Assembly (NCBI GenBank): GCA_043827025.1
Contig: JBDRPL010000021.1
Location: 1-24,147 of the forward strand
DNA: 24,147 nt
DNA from: Candidatus Micrarchaeota archaeon
GTDB taxonomy: Archaea > Micrarchaeota > Micrarchaeia > Anstonellales > Bilamarchaeaceae
Direction: 5' to 3'
The notes beneath the pieces were generated by a model. The model was not told the origin of the DNA, ran no database searches, and worked only from the letters and a program-made list of their open reading frames with translations. Of this stretch, positions 5,266 to 15,283 are shown one piece after another (the first letter of the stretch is position 1; the number at the start of each line of letters is the position of its first letter). The position numbers were made by a program, and so were the translations under genes.

Positions 5266-7137
5266 TTATATCGCACCCGCTATCTTCTTCTTCAGGATTT
5301 CCAAAAAGCCCTTCCATAATTCTTCATGATTCTGGAGGTTTGAGATGAATGGGTTGAGCATGCATAATCTAAGGACACGAACCCTGCCAACCCTTCTCCA
5401 TTCTTTTTCCGGAATACCAAGCCTTTTCACAAATTCCTTTGGCGCATCGCCATAATCTTCATTATTCAGCTCTGTGTTCGAAGTTATCCAGTCATTCTTG
5501 TAGACTGGGCCGCGGATATAGGAGGATTCGGAATAGATTCTGGAATTAAAATCATTCATCTTCTTCAAATCCTTGTTCCCTTTTTCATTGAATGCCATGC
5601 AGACTATGTTGAAGTCAGGTGTCTGCACCAAAGGTTCGACTACAAATTCCCGGCCTTTTACCTTCAGGCTTTTTGTAGCCTCAAGCGCACGCGTAAACAT
5701 CTGCGCCCCTTCTATACTCCTTCCAACTATCTCACCATAGCCAGTTATATTCAAAGGAATCAGTCTATGGCTTGCCCAAACTGCAGCTGCAGCTGCACCT
5801 GACTTTGAACCTTCCAGTATATATGCACCTAAAAGGGCAGGCGAACTTTTGCCTGACTCGAAAAGATATGCTGCAAAATACGAGATAAGGTCGAGTATGC
5901 GCCTGTCCTTGATTGCAATACCTCCTGCTGAATATGGGATATAGCCCATCTTGTGCGGATCTATTGTAATGGAATCAGCTGCTGGAACTGCCTTATACGC
6001 ATCATAGATTTCCTTTGCAGGATAACTGTGGTTCCCCACAAAGACTTTGTCGGAGAACAGGCGTTTCTTCAATGTAGAATAATCCATGAAACGGCTTTTC
6101 TCATCAAGGAAAAGCGCTCTGGAATACCCGCCGTATGCAGCATCAACATGAAAGTAAAATGAAACGCCTTTCTTCTGATAGTCATCGCGCAGTTTTGCAA
6201 TCTCAGCAATTCGATCTATTGCCCCTTCCTCAGTTGTACCCAGGACTGCAACCACTGCGATGATGGGTATTTTCTTTGCAATGTGTGCATCAATTGTTTT
6301 TTTCAGGACACCTACGTCCATGCGGAAGTGCTCATCCACCTGCACCTCTATAAAATTCTTGTTTCCTATGCCAAGCACATCAGCTGCCTTGACCCATGAA
6401 TAATGTTTGGACTGGGGAACCAGGACAACGCCAAGCTTTCCCTGGCCTACTCCTGTCCCTCGAACAGTTTCATTGCGAACAGCATCAAAGCATTTTGCCT
6501 TCTTCACTTTTTCAATAAGATCAAGAGCCTTTTTTGTTGGCATGTTGAAGAGCTGCCAGTCACTCATCCCTTTTACCAAAGAAGGCTTCACCTTCTTTAC
6601 TGCGATAGGGAATGATTTGAGATTACGTGCCATCCAAAGCCCTTCGTAATTGGCAATTGTTCCATCAGTGGTAATGTGGCCCCAGGACGCCTTTGGATCA
6701 AAACCAAGCATTGTTGAAAAGTCCTTGCCTGCCTCGATTTCCATTGGCGATGTTGCAGTGGATGCCTCATATGCACAGTTGTTTGGGTTATATAGGATGG
6801 TAGCCATGTATGCAAGGTTTGCCACCATGAGAGTATCTGAATTCATTTGCCCAAGGTAACGCGCTGAAAACCAAGGCATTGAAGTGGCTTTGAGCTTTGC
6901 TGAAAGTTCTGAAAGGACCTCGGAGGTTTTATCCAGAGTTTCCTGATAGCGCTTACCTCGCATTTCATGGACTGAAGAAATTTCAGAATCTTCTGGATGA
7001 AAGTCCCTACGCCAGTGCATGTGCTCTTCCATCAAAAAGTCAAGCATATTTTTGAAATAATCGCGATTTTCGGATTTTGGTCCCAAGAAAAGAGCCTTAA
7101 CTTCCACATCTTTTGATTTTTTATTTTTTCCAGTCAT
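5266..7137 (-). CDS. Group II PLP-dependent amino-acid decarboxylase, tyrosine decarboxylase (TdcA/TyrDC)-like
   Basis: ALFLGPKSEN N-terminus, HYSWVKAADVLGIG, GTTEEGAID, HVDAAYGG, PLP lysine in SITIDPHKMGYIPYSAG and LEGSK. Its 623-aa length matches lactic-acid-bacterial TyrDC. The GGTGA SD overlaps the permease stop. Confidence 0.85.
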   Translation of the reverse strand: MTGKNKKSKDVEVKALFLGPKSENRDYFKNMLDFLMEEHMHWRRDFHPEDSEISSVHEMRGKRYQETLDKTSEVLSELSAKLKATSMPWFSARYLGQMNSDTLMVANLAYMATILYNPNNCAYEASTATSPMEIEAGKDFSTMLGFDPKASWGHITTDGTIANYEGLWMARNLKSFPIAVKKVKPSLVKGMSDWQLFNMPTKKALDLIEKVKKAKCFDAVRNETVRGTGVGQGKLGVVLVPQSKHYSWVKAADVLGIGNKNFIEVQVDEHFRMDVGVLKKTIDAHIAKKIPIIAVVAVLGTTEEGAIDRIAEIAKLRDDYQKKGVSFYFHVDAAYGGYSRALFLDEKSRFMDYSTLKKRLFSDKVFVGNHSYPAKEIYDAYKAVPAADSITIDPHKMGYIPYSAGGIAIKDRRILDLISYFAAYLFESGKSSPALLGAYILEGSKSGAAAAAVWASHRLIPLNITGYGEIVGRSIEGAQMFTRALEATKSLKVKGREFVVEPLVQTPDFNIVCMAFNEKGNKDLKKMNDFNSRIYSESSYIRGPVYKNDWITSNTELNNEDYGDAPKEFVKRLGIPEKEWRRVGRVRVLRLCMLNPFISNLQNHEELWKGFLEILKKKIAGAI

Positions 7138-7143
7138 TTGAAA

Positions 7144-8595
7144 TCACCTTCTTGATTTTTTAGCAGATTTGTTAGCGGATTTTTTCGCAATCTTTTCTTC
7201 AAGCTTCCATTCAGGCTTTCTGAAGTGGTAAATAATTAGCGGTACTGCAACCACTGCCAAAGTACCAATCAACATAAATGAAACGTAATTGCTGCTTTCT
7301 GAAATCTGGCTTGGGGGCATCAGCGCCAAAATAAACAGGAATGCCATGGAAATGAAACCAAATCCTGCAACCAGCCACATCCCTAATTTCCCTCCAGGAA
7401 TGGAAAATGCCCTTTTCACATTAGGCTGTGAATACCTCAAACGGATTGCTGCAGCATACATCAGGAAGTACATTACAATATAGACCGCTGTTGTCAGCGC
7501 AAAGAGCATCCAAAACGAACTATTAACCCCACCAGGAAGAAGGACATAGACTGCACCCCAGAAAGTTATCATCAGCGCCTGAAGTATGAGCATATTTGTT
7601 GGTATTCCATTTTCATTCTTCTTTTGGAGAATAGGAGGGAGCATACCTTCGCGTGCAGTCATAAAAAGCCCTCGCACAGGACCAAGAATCCATGTTGAAA
7701 CTTGCCCCATTGCGCCAATGACTATTAGTAGTGCAAATACGCCCACAAGCCATGCCAGTCCCATTGTTTGGAATATTACCTGAAAAGTCTGCATTATACC
7801 TGCAAGAAGATTGAGATTCCCAAGAGGCACAATCATTGCAACCATTAGTGCGCCTATGACACCAACAATGGTGGTCACAATACCAACTATAAGAATACCA
7901 AGTGGGTAGTTCTTTTGAACTTCTTTTATTTCATTTGCATGGGTCGCAGTCATCTCAATGCCAATGAACACGAAAACAAAGGTGACGAGCAGGACGAGAC
8001 TTGACAGTGAAGAGAAATCAGGCATAAGATCTGCGATTGTCGGGTTCAGCGTAAGCTGGACAGGATTTCCTGAAAAAATATACCATGCTCCTCCCAATAT
8101 GAGCACTGCTGCAGGAATGAATGTCCCTATTACAACTGAAATCGAGCTTATTTTTGAATATGTTTTCAGTCCCTTGAAATTGAGAAGTGTGAAGCCCCAC
8201 CATATTATGACGATTATCGCGAATTCGAAAAGTTTGTTATTGGCCAATGCAGGATCAAGAAGAAATGCAAGGGTTGCTGCGATAAATGTAAGGATGCTGA
8301 TGAAACCTATTGTCATCTGGAACCATTGCAGCCACACTGCAGTAAAGCCCCATTTTTGGCCGAATGCATTTTTCACCCAAACATAAACCCCCCCTTCTTC
8401 AGGCCAGCCTGTTGCCAGTTCAGCAGACACAAGGGATGCCGGAATTAGATATAATATCACTGCAAGAAGGCAGAATGCAATTGACTGCCACCCCACTACA
8501 CCTTGAGTGGGAAATGTCCTGATGCTCATAAGAGCAGCACAGGTCAATAAAACAAATGCAAGAAGGCTAAGCTTGAACACGTTCTTAGACGCCAT
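7144..8595 (-). CDS. APC-superfamily amino acid permease (GadC/TyrP-like antiporter)
   Basis: About 12 hydrophobic segments, plus AELATGWPEEGGVYVWV, GIEMTATHANE and LRYSQPNVKRAFSIPGG. Confidence 0.9.
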   Translation of the reverse strand: MASKNVFKLSLLAFVLLTCAALMSIRTFPTQGVVGWQSIAFCLLAVILYLIPASLVSAELATGWPEEGGVYVWVKNAFGQKWGFTAVWLQWFQMTIGFISILTFIAATLAFLLDPALANNKLFEFAIIVIIWWGFTLLNFKGLKTYSKISSISVVIGTFIPAAVLILGGAWYIFSGNPVQLTLNPTIADLMPDFSSLSSLVLLVTFVFVFIGIEMTATHANEIKEVQKNYPLGILIVGIVTTIVGVIGALMVAMIVPLGNLNLLAGIMQTFQVIFQTMGLAWLVGVFALLIVIGAMGQVSTWILGPVRGLFMTAREGMLPPILQKKNENGIPTNMLILQALMITFWGAVYVLLPGGVNSSFWMLFALTTAVYIVMYFLMYAAAIRLRYSQPNVKRAFSIPGGKLGMWLVAGFGFISMAFLFILALMPPSQISESSNYVSFMLIGTLAVVAVPLIIYHFRKPEWKLEEKIAKKSANKSAKKSRR

Positions 8596-8617
8596 ATGAA
8601 CTAGAACGGATACCAGA

Positions 8618-8625
8618 TATTTAAA
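8618..8625 (-). promoter_or_regulatory. Archaeal TATA box of the permease-decarboxylase operon (leaderless)
   Basis: tttaaata on the minus strand, ~23 nt upstream of ATG 8595. Confidence 0.6.
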
Positions 8626-8719
8626 TTATTGCATCAGATCTTCAGAGCAGATTCCACTGCTGGCCATAGCGCTACATACTGAAAGTTGTTCTTTTTAATA
8701 TTACTGGAGAACAAGAATT

Positions 8720-9643
8720 ATGAACAAACAAAAAAGAAGAACTCGTAGTGCCTTGTTCATTCTTGCATTCATTGTCATTATGGCAATCATCATGCTTCTT
8801 GCACTTTCCATGCTTTCGGCATCCAAATCAAGCATTGCTACGTCTGATGAAATAAGATTCGTTAAAGTGGATGACATCCAAATTGCATATAAGGAATTCG
8901 GCACAGGTGAACCAGTGATTCTGATAATGGGATTCAGCGGCACAATGGACCTTTGGGATACTGAATTTCTCAAGGAATTGTCATCTCACTACAAAGTGAT
9001 CATATTTGATAATCGTGGAATGGGCAACAGCGCATCCTCAGCAAAAAATTTCTCAATTGAGCTTTTTGCTGATGATACAACAGAGTTCATGGACGCCCTA
9101 GGTATAGATCATGCACATGTCATTGGCTGGTCGCTTGGCACATATATATCACAGGAATTAGTGCTCCGCCACCCTGAAAAGGTTGACAAGCTTGTTCTCT
9201 ATGCCGGAGACTGCGGAGGAACTGAAACGATTATGCCAACAAATGAAATACTTACTAAACTCACAGATGAATCAGGAACAGCTGAAGAAAGAAACCTAAG
9301 GATGCTAGATCTGTTATTCCCTAAGAAATGGCTGGAGGAGCATCCAGACCCAACGGAATATTTTCCCAATGTGACTGAAACGTCATTGCCTGAAAGCATA
9401 AACCGCCAGAACCAAGCATGGTTGGACTGGGAAGGCACATGCTCTAGGCTTTCAAAAATAACACAACCTACATTGCTCATAACTGGAACAGAAGATGTGC
9501 TTACTCCACCGCAGAACTCTGAGATCATGGCAAGGCTCATTCCAAACTCGCAACTCAAAATGGTAACTGGCGGAGGGCATGGCTTGATGTATCAAGACCT
9601 TGGTTTCGCTGAATCAGTGGTGGAATTTCTAGAGAATTCGTGA
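8720..9643 (+). CDS. Alpha/beta-fold hydrolase with N-terminal membrane anchor
   Basis: FDNRGMG, nucleophile elbow GWSLG, ITGTEDV (Asp) and GGGHG (His). Basic then hydrophobic N-terminus. Confidence 0.9.
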   Translation: MNKQKRRTRSALFILAFIVIMAIIMLLALSMLSASKSSIATSDEIRFVKVDDIQIAYKEFGTGEPVILIMGFSGTMDLWDTEFLKELSSHYKVIIFDNRGMGNSASSAKNFSIELFADDTTEFMDALGIDHAHVIGWSLGTYISQELVLRHPEKVDKLVLYAGDCGGTETIMPTNEILTKLTDESGTAEERNLRMLDLLFPKKWLEEHPDPTEYFPNVTETSLPESINRQNQAWLDWEGTCSRLSKITQPTLLITGTEDVLTPPQNSEIMARLIPNSQLKMVTGGGHGLMYQDLGFAESVVEFLENS

Positions 9644-9646
9644 TTT

Positions 9647-11512
9647 CTAGCCATTTTCAGATAAGAGTCTTTGTCTGCTCAAAAAACCATCAATCCGGTT
9701 TGCTGCATTTTCCCTGATGTCGAAATAATAGAAAGAATAGTCATAGATGTGGTAGACTCCCTTGCCGAATACTGAGTTTCCGGGGGATAATTTTTCAACA
9801 TCTGCTGTGCTGCATATTACAACTCCCCTGTCATTGTCAACGCGGGCATCTGCATAATTATTTACAGTCACGAGTTTGCCTTCTTCATCGAGTAATAATG
9901 ATCCTAAACTTTGCTCAGCTGTTGCCAGTTCCTCTGTCTTTGTCCAAGTGATTGGGTTTATGACATTGGCGCCAGACAACAGGACAGGGTTGTTCCCTGT
10001 GACATTCGGCGCTTCTGTATTGTATGAAACGATGACTCCGGTGTCATCAGGACCTTCTGCAAATTTCAGGTGTGAGTTTTTGGCAAGATAATCATCTGTT
10101 ATGGAATATCCGATGACATAGGCTGCAATCATCCGATCATACACTTTTGGATTTTTCTTCATGTAATCTGACAACAAATAGAGCATTACATTCGAACCTT
10201 GGGAATGACCTGCCAGAATAAACGGGCGTCCGTTATTATAGTTCGTGATATAATAATCAAATGCAGTAATAGCATCAGATGCAGGTATATCGCCGACGAT
10301 TTTATCTTGTTCTTCCAAAGGCAACGCCAGGCTATAAACAGCATCCACTTGCCGATAATACGGGGCGTAGATATTCGCCACAGGCTCGAATGCAGTAGCC
10401 TGTCCTGCAAATTGAGCTTTTGAATTTTTCAGCATTGAAGGATTGTCGATTTCGCAAATGTTCGGATCGCTTTCATTGCTCTTTTGGTATGAAGTAGGAT
10501 AAAGATAAAACACGTCCACTTCCTTTTCAGGTGAAGAAGGCAATGAAAGCCAATGCTCGGATTTAGAGTAGTCAGTGGGTTTTTGCCCAGGATTTAATAT
10601 GGGCAAAATAAATGAAATAAGAACTATTGCTCCGATAAGAACTAATGCTGGCCCTAACCAAGAAGGGTGTTTTTCTTTTCTTGTCTTTGTCTTTTTCTTT
10701 AGAAGACCTCTGTAGTGCCAGCAAACTAATGCAAGCAGAATATATGCCAATGGAGATGCCCATCCGAATTCGCCAGTTATCATTTCTGTTGCTTGTGTTT
10801 GAATGGTCAATGCAGGATAAAGTCCCTGTATGAAATAGTTCCAGAATCCGTGGAAGAACACTGCTGGCCATACACTGCCAGACTTCAGCCTAAGCCATGC
10901 AAGTATAACTCCTGCTCCGATGACAGATGGGATGAACATTGCAAGAGAATACCATATGGGTCCAGTTCCATGATATGTTCCGAATATTATGATTGGAAAG
11001 TGCCAAACTGTCCAAATTACACCACTCAATAATGCAAGCTTTGTGAATCCCATGAACTTCGACAGCTCGGGAACAAGCAAACCCCTCCACCCTAATTCCT
11101 CGCCCATTGCAGCAAAGAGATTGAAGGCAAGTATTATTGCAAAACTTGGTAGGAAAGAAAGTGAAAAAATCTGCACTGCCTTTTCAGCATTGAAGCTGTC
11201 CATCATTATCCAAACTGAGCCGAACATTGCCAGGCCGATTGCAATTGGAAGGAAAATGCCGACTAACTGCCATTTTGTCTCACCCCATCTGACTCCAAAT
11301 CCACCAAGATCCTTCTGATAATATAGCCTTGTCAAAATCGCTGCAGTAGCAGGACACCACATAAGGGCAATTGTAAAGATTGTGGCATCAGAAGCAGATT
11401 GGGCAGTTGCAATAAGATAATAGAAAATCGAGCTTAATGCGAATGCAACTATCAAAAACAGAATGACTTCCTTCTTGGCAAGTTTTTTTGGATCAGGAGC
11501 CATGGGGAGCAT
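9647..11512 (-). CDS. Fusion of CPBP/Abi (CAAX-protease-like) intramembrane metalloprotease and DUF3089-like alpha/beta hydrolase
   Basis: N-terminal half: EELGWRG, WTVWH, FHGFWN. C-terminal half: DVFYLYPT, YAPYYRQ, RPFILAGHSQG, YHIYDYSFYY. One continuous frame. Confidence 0.8.
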   Translation of the reverse strand: MLPMAPDPKKLAKKEVILFLIVAFALSSIFYYLIATAQSASDATIFTIALMWCPATAAILTRLYYQKDLGGFGVRWGETKWQLVGIFLPIAIGLAMFGSVWIMMDSFNAEKAVQIFSLSFLPSFAIILAFNLFAAMGEELGWRGLLVPELSKFMGFTKLALLSGVIWTVWHFPIIIFGTYHGTGPIWYSLAMFIPSVIGAGVILAWLRLKSGSVWPAVFFHGFWNYFIQGLYPALTIQTQATEMITGEFGWASPLAYILLALVCWHYRGLLKKKTKTRKEKHPSWLGPALVLIGAIVLISFILPILNPGQKPTDYSKSEHWLSLPSSPEKEVDVFYLYPTSYQKSNESDPNICEIDNPSMLKNSKAQFAGQATAFEPVANIYAPYYRQVDAVYSLALPLEEQDKIVGDIPASDAITAFDYYITNYNNGRPFILAGHSQGSNVMLYLLSDYMKKNPKVYDRMIAAYVIGYSITDDYLAKNSHLKFAEGPDDTGVIVSYNTEAPNVTGNNPVLLSGANVINPITWTKTEELATAEQSLGSLLLDEEGKLVTVNNYADARVDNDRGVVICSTADVEKLSPGNSVFGKGVYHIYDYSFYYFDIRENAANRIDGFLSRQRLLSENG

Positions 11513-11543
11513 ACAGAGGGGATGTTTTTTAGGCTATGTTTCC

Positions 11544-11738
11544 CTACTCTTCCCAAACAAACAGCTTGTCAATCGTTGTCTTCAGCTCCTTTGCCAGGGC
11601 ATGGGCCAGGAGAATGGAGCAATTGTAGTCTCCTTTTTCTATCAGGACGATTGTTTCTCTTCTTACGCTGACCCTCTTTGCCAGATCATCCTGCGTAAGA
11701 TTGAACTTCAACCTTAATTCCTTGATCCTTGTCTTCAA
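11544..11738 (-). CDS. XRE-family helix-turn-helix transcriptional regulator
   Basis: IKELR...LTQDDLAKRVSVRRETIVLIEKGDYNCSILLA...IDKLF. Probable TTG start at 11738, just after the upstream gene's stop. Confidence 0.88.
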   Translation of the reverse strand: MKTRIKELRLKFNLTQDDLAKRVSVRRETIVLIEKGDYNCSILLAHALAKELKTTIDKLFVWEE

Positions 11739-11751
11739 ACAATCACTTCGC

Positions 11752-12189
11752 CTAATCAACTTTTCCGCTTTGCCTAAACCACATTGCAAGAACAATGAAT
11801 GTGAGTGCTGGCACAACAATCATTGCTTCGAATGCATACCTAAATTCAATGTCCGGAAACTTAAATACCTCACCTGCGATCAGATTGCCTGCCATTATGC
11901 CAATTGCAAGCCATAAACCTATGATAAAAGCGTAATAACCAGCTTTCCATGTTGCTCTTCTTGAGAATTCATCCTCCAAAGGCAAACCTGTTTTCATTGC
12001 AGTAACTTTTTCAGATGCAGCAACAATTGCCAGAAGTGCAACAGCCATTGCAATTGCCACGGAAACTATCAGCCAAATTGATTTCCCAGGGAAAGTAAAA
12101 AACAAAGATCCCGCAGCGATGATCAATGCCATAACGAACACCCTAATGAAGAGATTCAGCCGCTTACTCAAATTATTCATACCGCCCAT
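11752..12189 (-). CDS. DUF2178-like membrane protein
   Basis: Four hydrophobic helices with the central EDEFSRRATWKAGYYAF motif, paired with an XRE gene. Confidence 0.75.
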   Translation of the reverse strand: MGGMNNLSKRLNLFIRVFVMALIIAAGSLFFTFPGKSIWLIVSVAIAMAVALLAIVAASEKVTAMKTGLPLEDEFSRRATWKAGYYAFIIGLWLAIGIMAGNLIAGEVFKFPDIEFRYAFEAMIVVPALTFIVLAMWFRQSGKVD

Positions 12190-12201
12190 ATCAAAACCCC
12201 G

Positions 12202-12250
12202 TGTTATATATAACTAACATGTTAGATATAACTAACATAAGGTATTTAAA
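12202..12250 (-). promoter_or_regulatory. Tandem 18-bp palindromic operator plus TATA box
   Basis: tgttatatataactaaca (12202-12219) and tgttagatataactaaca (12220-12237) lie between tttaaata (minus strand, 12243-12250) and ATG 12189. Confidence 0.75.
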
Positions 12251-12292
12251 GGTTTCTGTCCACTCCCCTTCTCGGAGAGCGTGGCCATGAAA

Positions 12293-14356
12293 TCATTCCT
12301 TCAAAACGAACATTCTGATATAATTATCCCCATATGAGGCAATTATCTTTTTCTTGTCTTTTGAGATCTGGACATTTGTTACTCCTAGGATCAAATCCTT
12401 GTTCGAACTATCAGGAGTTATGCAATTATTCCAAATTGTTGTTCCGCTCTCATCATAGACCATGATGCAATTGTTCGGGGCAGTTCCTGCGACTATCCTT
12501 GTGCCATCCTCTGAAATCGCGATTGCATTATGACCGACTGCACCGAACTCGCCAATACTAATTGCGCCTCTTTGCCAAAGCAAAGTGCCGTTCTTTGCGA
12601 ACAGATAAACTGAACCGCCAACGCTTCCTGCAGCAATCCTATCTCCATCAGGAGTGGCTGCACCTGCAGTTATAGTCGGTTCTGTAATCTTATGAGTCCA
12701 TCTCAGTTTCCCGTTTTTGTCAAATGAAAAGAAAATCCTGCTCTTTCCTGTTGCATATGTGTTCTTATCGCTGTCAACTGCCATGAACAATGGGAATTCT
12801 CCGATTACGTATTCCCATTTCTGGTTTCCTAATGAATCGAACTCTCCCATCTCCCTTGACCCTACAACGAATCCCGAGTCATCTTGATGGAATGCACAAT
12901 TCCTGAGCCAGTCCCCTGATCTTGGAACATCTTTCCTTGTTCCAGTTGTTGAATCAAAAAGATATAAGTTGCCCAATGGACCTGACAAAACAGTCCTGCC
13001 GTTATTCGAAATGCACGCGCTTCTTATCATTGTGCCTGAATCATATTTCCACAGGAGCTTGCCGGACTTATCAACAGAATAGATAAACCCGTCATGACAC
13101 CCTGCAACAACTTTACTTCCGTCTTTCGCAATATCAATACCCCAGCATTCGTTTCCAGTTGGCTGTTTCCACAAAATGTTTCCATTTGAATCAAATAAAT
13201 AGAAATTTGTCGGCTTTCCAAGCTCAGGAGGATGCTTTGCCTGTGTTGCTGCGAACACGCTCCAGTCTTCAGATGGCTTTACCCAAAAGAATCCATAATT
13301 GTCACTGACTTTCTTTTCCCATTGCATTTCATACTCAACTTGTTCAGAACCTTTCTTCAGCATTATGTCAAACTGCAAAGGATTTTTCCTAGTAACTGAA
13401 ACGTTTTCCCTGAAATAATATCCGTAACCCTCCTTGTCAATTGAAATTTTATAAGCCTCTGAACTGCATCCAAGTTCCCTCCCCATATAGATTGCTTCAA
13501 TATCTTCCATCCCGAGCAGAGGCACGACATATTTCCCATTTTGATCAGTCTGGCCTTTGAAGTCCGTTCTTCCGCATCCGACAATTGCCACCACCATTGC
13601 ATCCTTCACTGGATTGCCTTGCTCATCCGTGACAATACCATAGACATAACTTGTTTCCTTGCCCCAGAAACGTTCATCAGTTGAACCAAAAACAACGGGA
13701 ATTATTAGTTTGCTTTGCTCATTTTCGCAGGGCCATAATTCAAAATCAACCGTAAAATCTCCTTTCTGATCAAGCGAAGCAAAGTACCATAATTTCTTCT
13801 GCTCTCCCGGTCGTAGTTCTATTGGTGAATCCTGCAATTCAAAAAAATGAAGATTCCAGCTCGGCACAAATTCACGGAGCTCTCCGTAAGTCCTAAAACA
13901 GATTCTTGCCTTGTTATTGCCATTGTTCCTGAGAGTGATGAAATAATCGGTTCCGCTTTCCATCATGTCGCGTGCGATTGCAGTGGTAAAATAACTGACA
14001 CTGGTCTCACCCATATTCTTTGAAACAAGTTTTGATTCCGGAAAACCTGTTGGCGGTTGAGGCAATGAAGCATTCGGATCGAAGTTAGGAATACGAAAAT
14101 CTTGTTTTGGAGGTTGGTTCTGAGATTGTACGTCCGGATACTGAGTTTGGTTAGGATCACCTTTCTGAGGTTGCCAGTGAGGCTCAAGATCGCCCGGCCT
14201 TTGGCCAATGGGTTTTTCATCAGTGATATTCTTGGCATCAAATCCAAGCTGTGATGGCTGTGTAGATTGCACGCAACCGCCAAATGCAAATATCAGAAGT
14301 ACTGCCAAAACAAGAAACAAAAACGATTTTTCCAGATTAAATCCAAACCAAGACAT
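12293..14356 (-). CDS. Lipoprotein-like surface protein with Ig/carboxypeptidase-regulatory-like domain and PQQ-like beta-propeller
   Basis: Signal peptide ending FGGC, a Pro/Gln-rich linker, VYGIVTDEQGNPVKDA...TDQNGKY, and repeated DxxGxxLW blades. Confidence 0.8.
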   Translation of the reverse strand: MSWFGFNLEKSFLFLVLAVLLIFAFGGCVQSTQPSQLGFDAKNITDEKPIGQRPGDLEPHWQPQKGDPNQTQYPDVQSQNQPPKQDFRIPNFDPNASLPQPPTGFPESKLVSKNMGETSVSYFTTAIARDMMESGTDYFITLRNNGNNKARICFRTYGELREFVPSWNLHFFELQDSPIELRPGEQKKLWYFASLDQKGDFTVDFELWPCENEQSKLIIPVVFGSTDERFWGKETSYVYGIVTDEQGNPVKDAMVVAIVGCGRTDFKGQTDQNGKYVVPLLGMEDIEAIYMGRELGCSSEAYKISIDKEGYGYYFRENVSVTRKNPLQFDIMLKKGSEQVEYEMQWEKKVSDNYGFFWVKPSEDWSVFAATQAKHPPELGKPTNFYLFDSNGNILWKQPTGNECWGIDIAKDGSKVVAGCHDGFIYSVDKSGKLLWKYDSGTMIRSACISNNGRTVLSGPLGNLYLFDSTTGTRKDVPRSGDWLRNCAFHQDDSGFVVGSREMGEFDSLGNQKWEYVIGEFPLFMAVDSDKNTYATGKSRIFFSFDKNGKLRWTHKITEPTITAGAATPDGDRIAAGSVGGSVYLFAKNGTLLWQRGAISIGEFGAVGHNAIAISEDGTRIVAGTAPNNCIMVYDESGTTIWNNCITPDSSNKDLILGVTNVQISKDKKKIIASYGDNYIRMFVLKE

Positions 14357-14394
14357 GCAGGAATTACTCTTACGAGTATTAAAATCCTAAACTT

Positions 14395-14910
14395 TCAAAT
14401 ATTTCCCAAAAGTTCTACAATCTTCCTTCCAAACTCTCGCGAAGCCTTTGGACCGTTTGCTGTAACAATTTTTCCGTCAACAGTCACGTGTTCTCCTGTA
14501 TATTTGGCGCCCTTTGATTCCATCTCAGAACCAAAACCCGCATTGCAAACAGTCGCTTTCTTGCCTTTTAGAATACCTGCATTCGCAAGAATAATCGGAG
14601 CGATGCAGATTGCACCTAGGATTTTCCCTAGCTTGACAGCTTCGCTTGCAATATTGAGCGCAGTCTTGTTCTCAAAATAGATTTGGGCGCCATTTCCACC
14701 TACAAAAACTACTGCAGCATAATCATCGACTTTGGCTTCGCCAATTGTCATCGAAGAAATCACGCTTCCTCCTTTTGAACCGGAACATGTTCCTTTCTTG
14801 GTGCTTGCAATCACAACCTGATAACCAGCTTTCCCCAATTCTTCCTTTGGCTCAAACAATTCCTCATCCCTGAAATTCTCAGGTGCAACAATAAACAGAA
14901 CTTTTGCCAT
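14395..14910 (-). CDS. DJ-1/PfpI family protein
   Basis: FRDEE, DYAAVVFVGGNG, nucleophile AICIAP and VDGKIVTANGP. Confidence 0.92.
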   Translation of the reverse strand: MAKVLFIVAPENFRDEELFEPKEELGKAGYQVVIASTKKGTCSGSKGGSVISSMTIGEAKVDDYAAVVFVGGNGAQIYFENKTALNIASEAVKLGKILGAICIAPIILANAGILKGKKATVCNAGFGSEMESKGAKYTGEHVTVDGKIVTANGPKASREFGRKIVELLGNI

Positions 14911-14998
14911 AGATACCTACCGAAAGGAATGCACTGGGAAAAAATAAAGGTTTATCGGACGGCTTCACCAATGAAGAAACAAACTTTCGCCTATGAAT

Positions 14999-15283
14999 TC
15001 AAAGGTTCTTAAGTATGTTCTCTGCAAACCTCTTGAGCCTGTCTGTCTTTACCAGAATGATTCCTCTGCCAGCGCGGCCCATTACAAAAAGCTTGTCCCC
15101 TGGAGACATATCAAACTGCATTCTCGCTTCTTTTGGAATTACAATCTGACCTCTTTCCCCAACGACAACTGTTCCGTAAATATGCTTCCTATGCATAACC
15201 CCGCCAGACTTTCCATCCTTACTTTTTTTATTTTCATTACTTTCTGATTTTTTCATATTTTTCACATCATTCATACTTTTCAT
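14999..15283 (-). CDS. AbrB/MazE/SpoVT-family DNA-binding protein (start uncertain; could be the later MHRKH)
   Basis: YGTVVVGERGQIVIPKEARMQFDMSPGDKL. Confidence 0.85.
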   Translation of the reverse strand: MKSMNDVKNMKKSESNENKKSKDGKSGGVMHRKHIYGTVVVGERGQIVIPKEARMQFDMSPGDKLFVMGRAGRGIILVKTDRLKRFAENILKNL

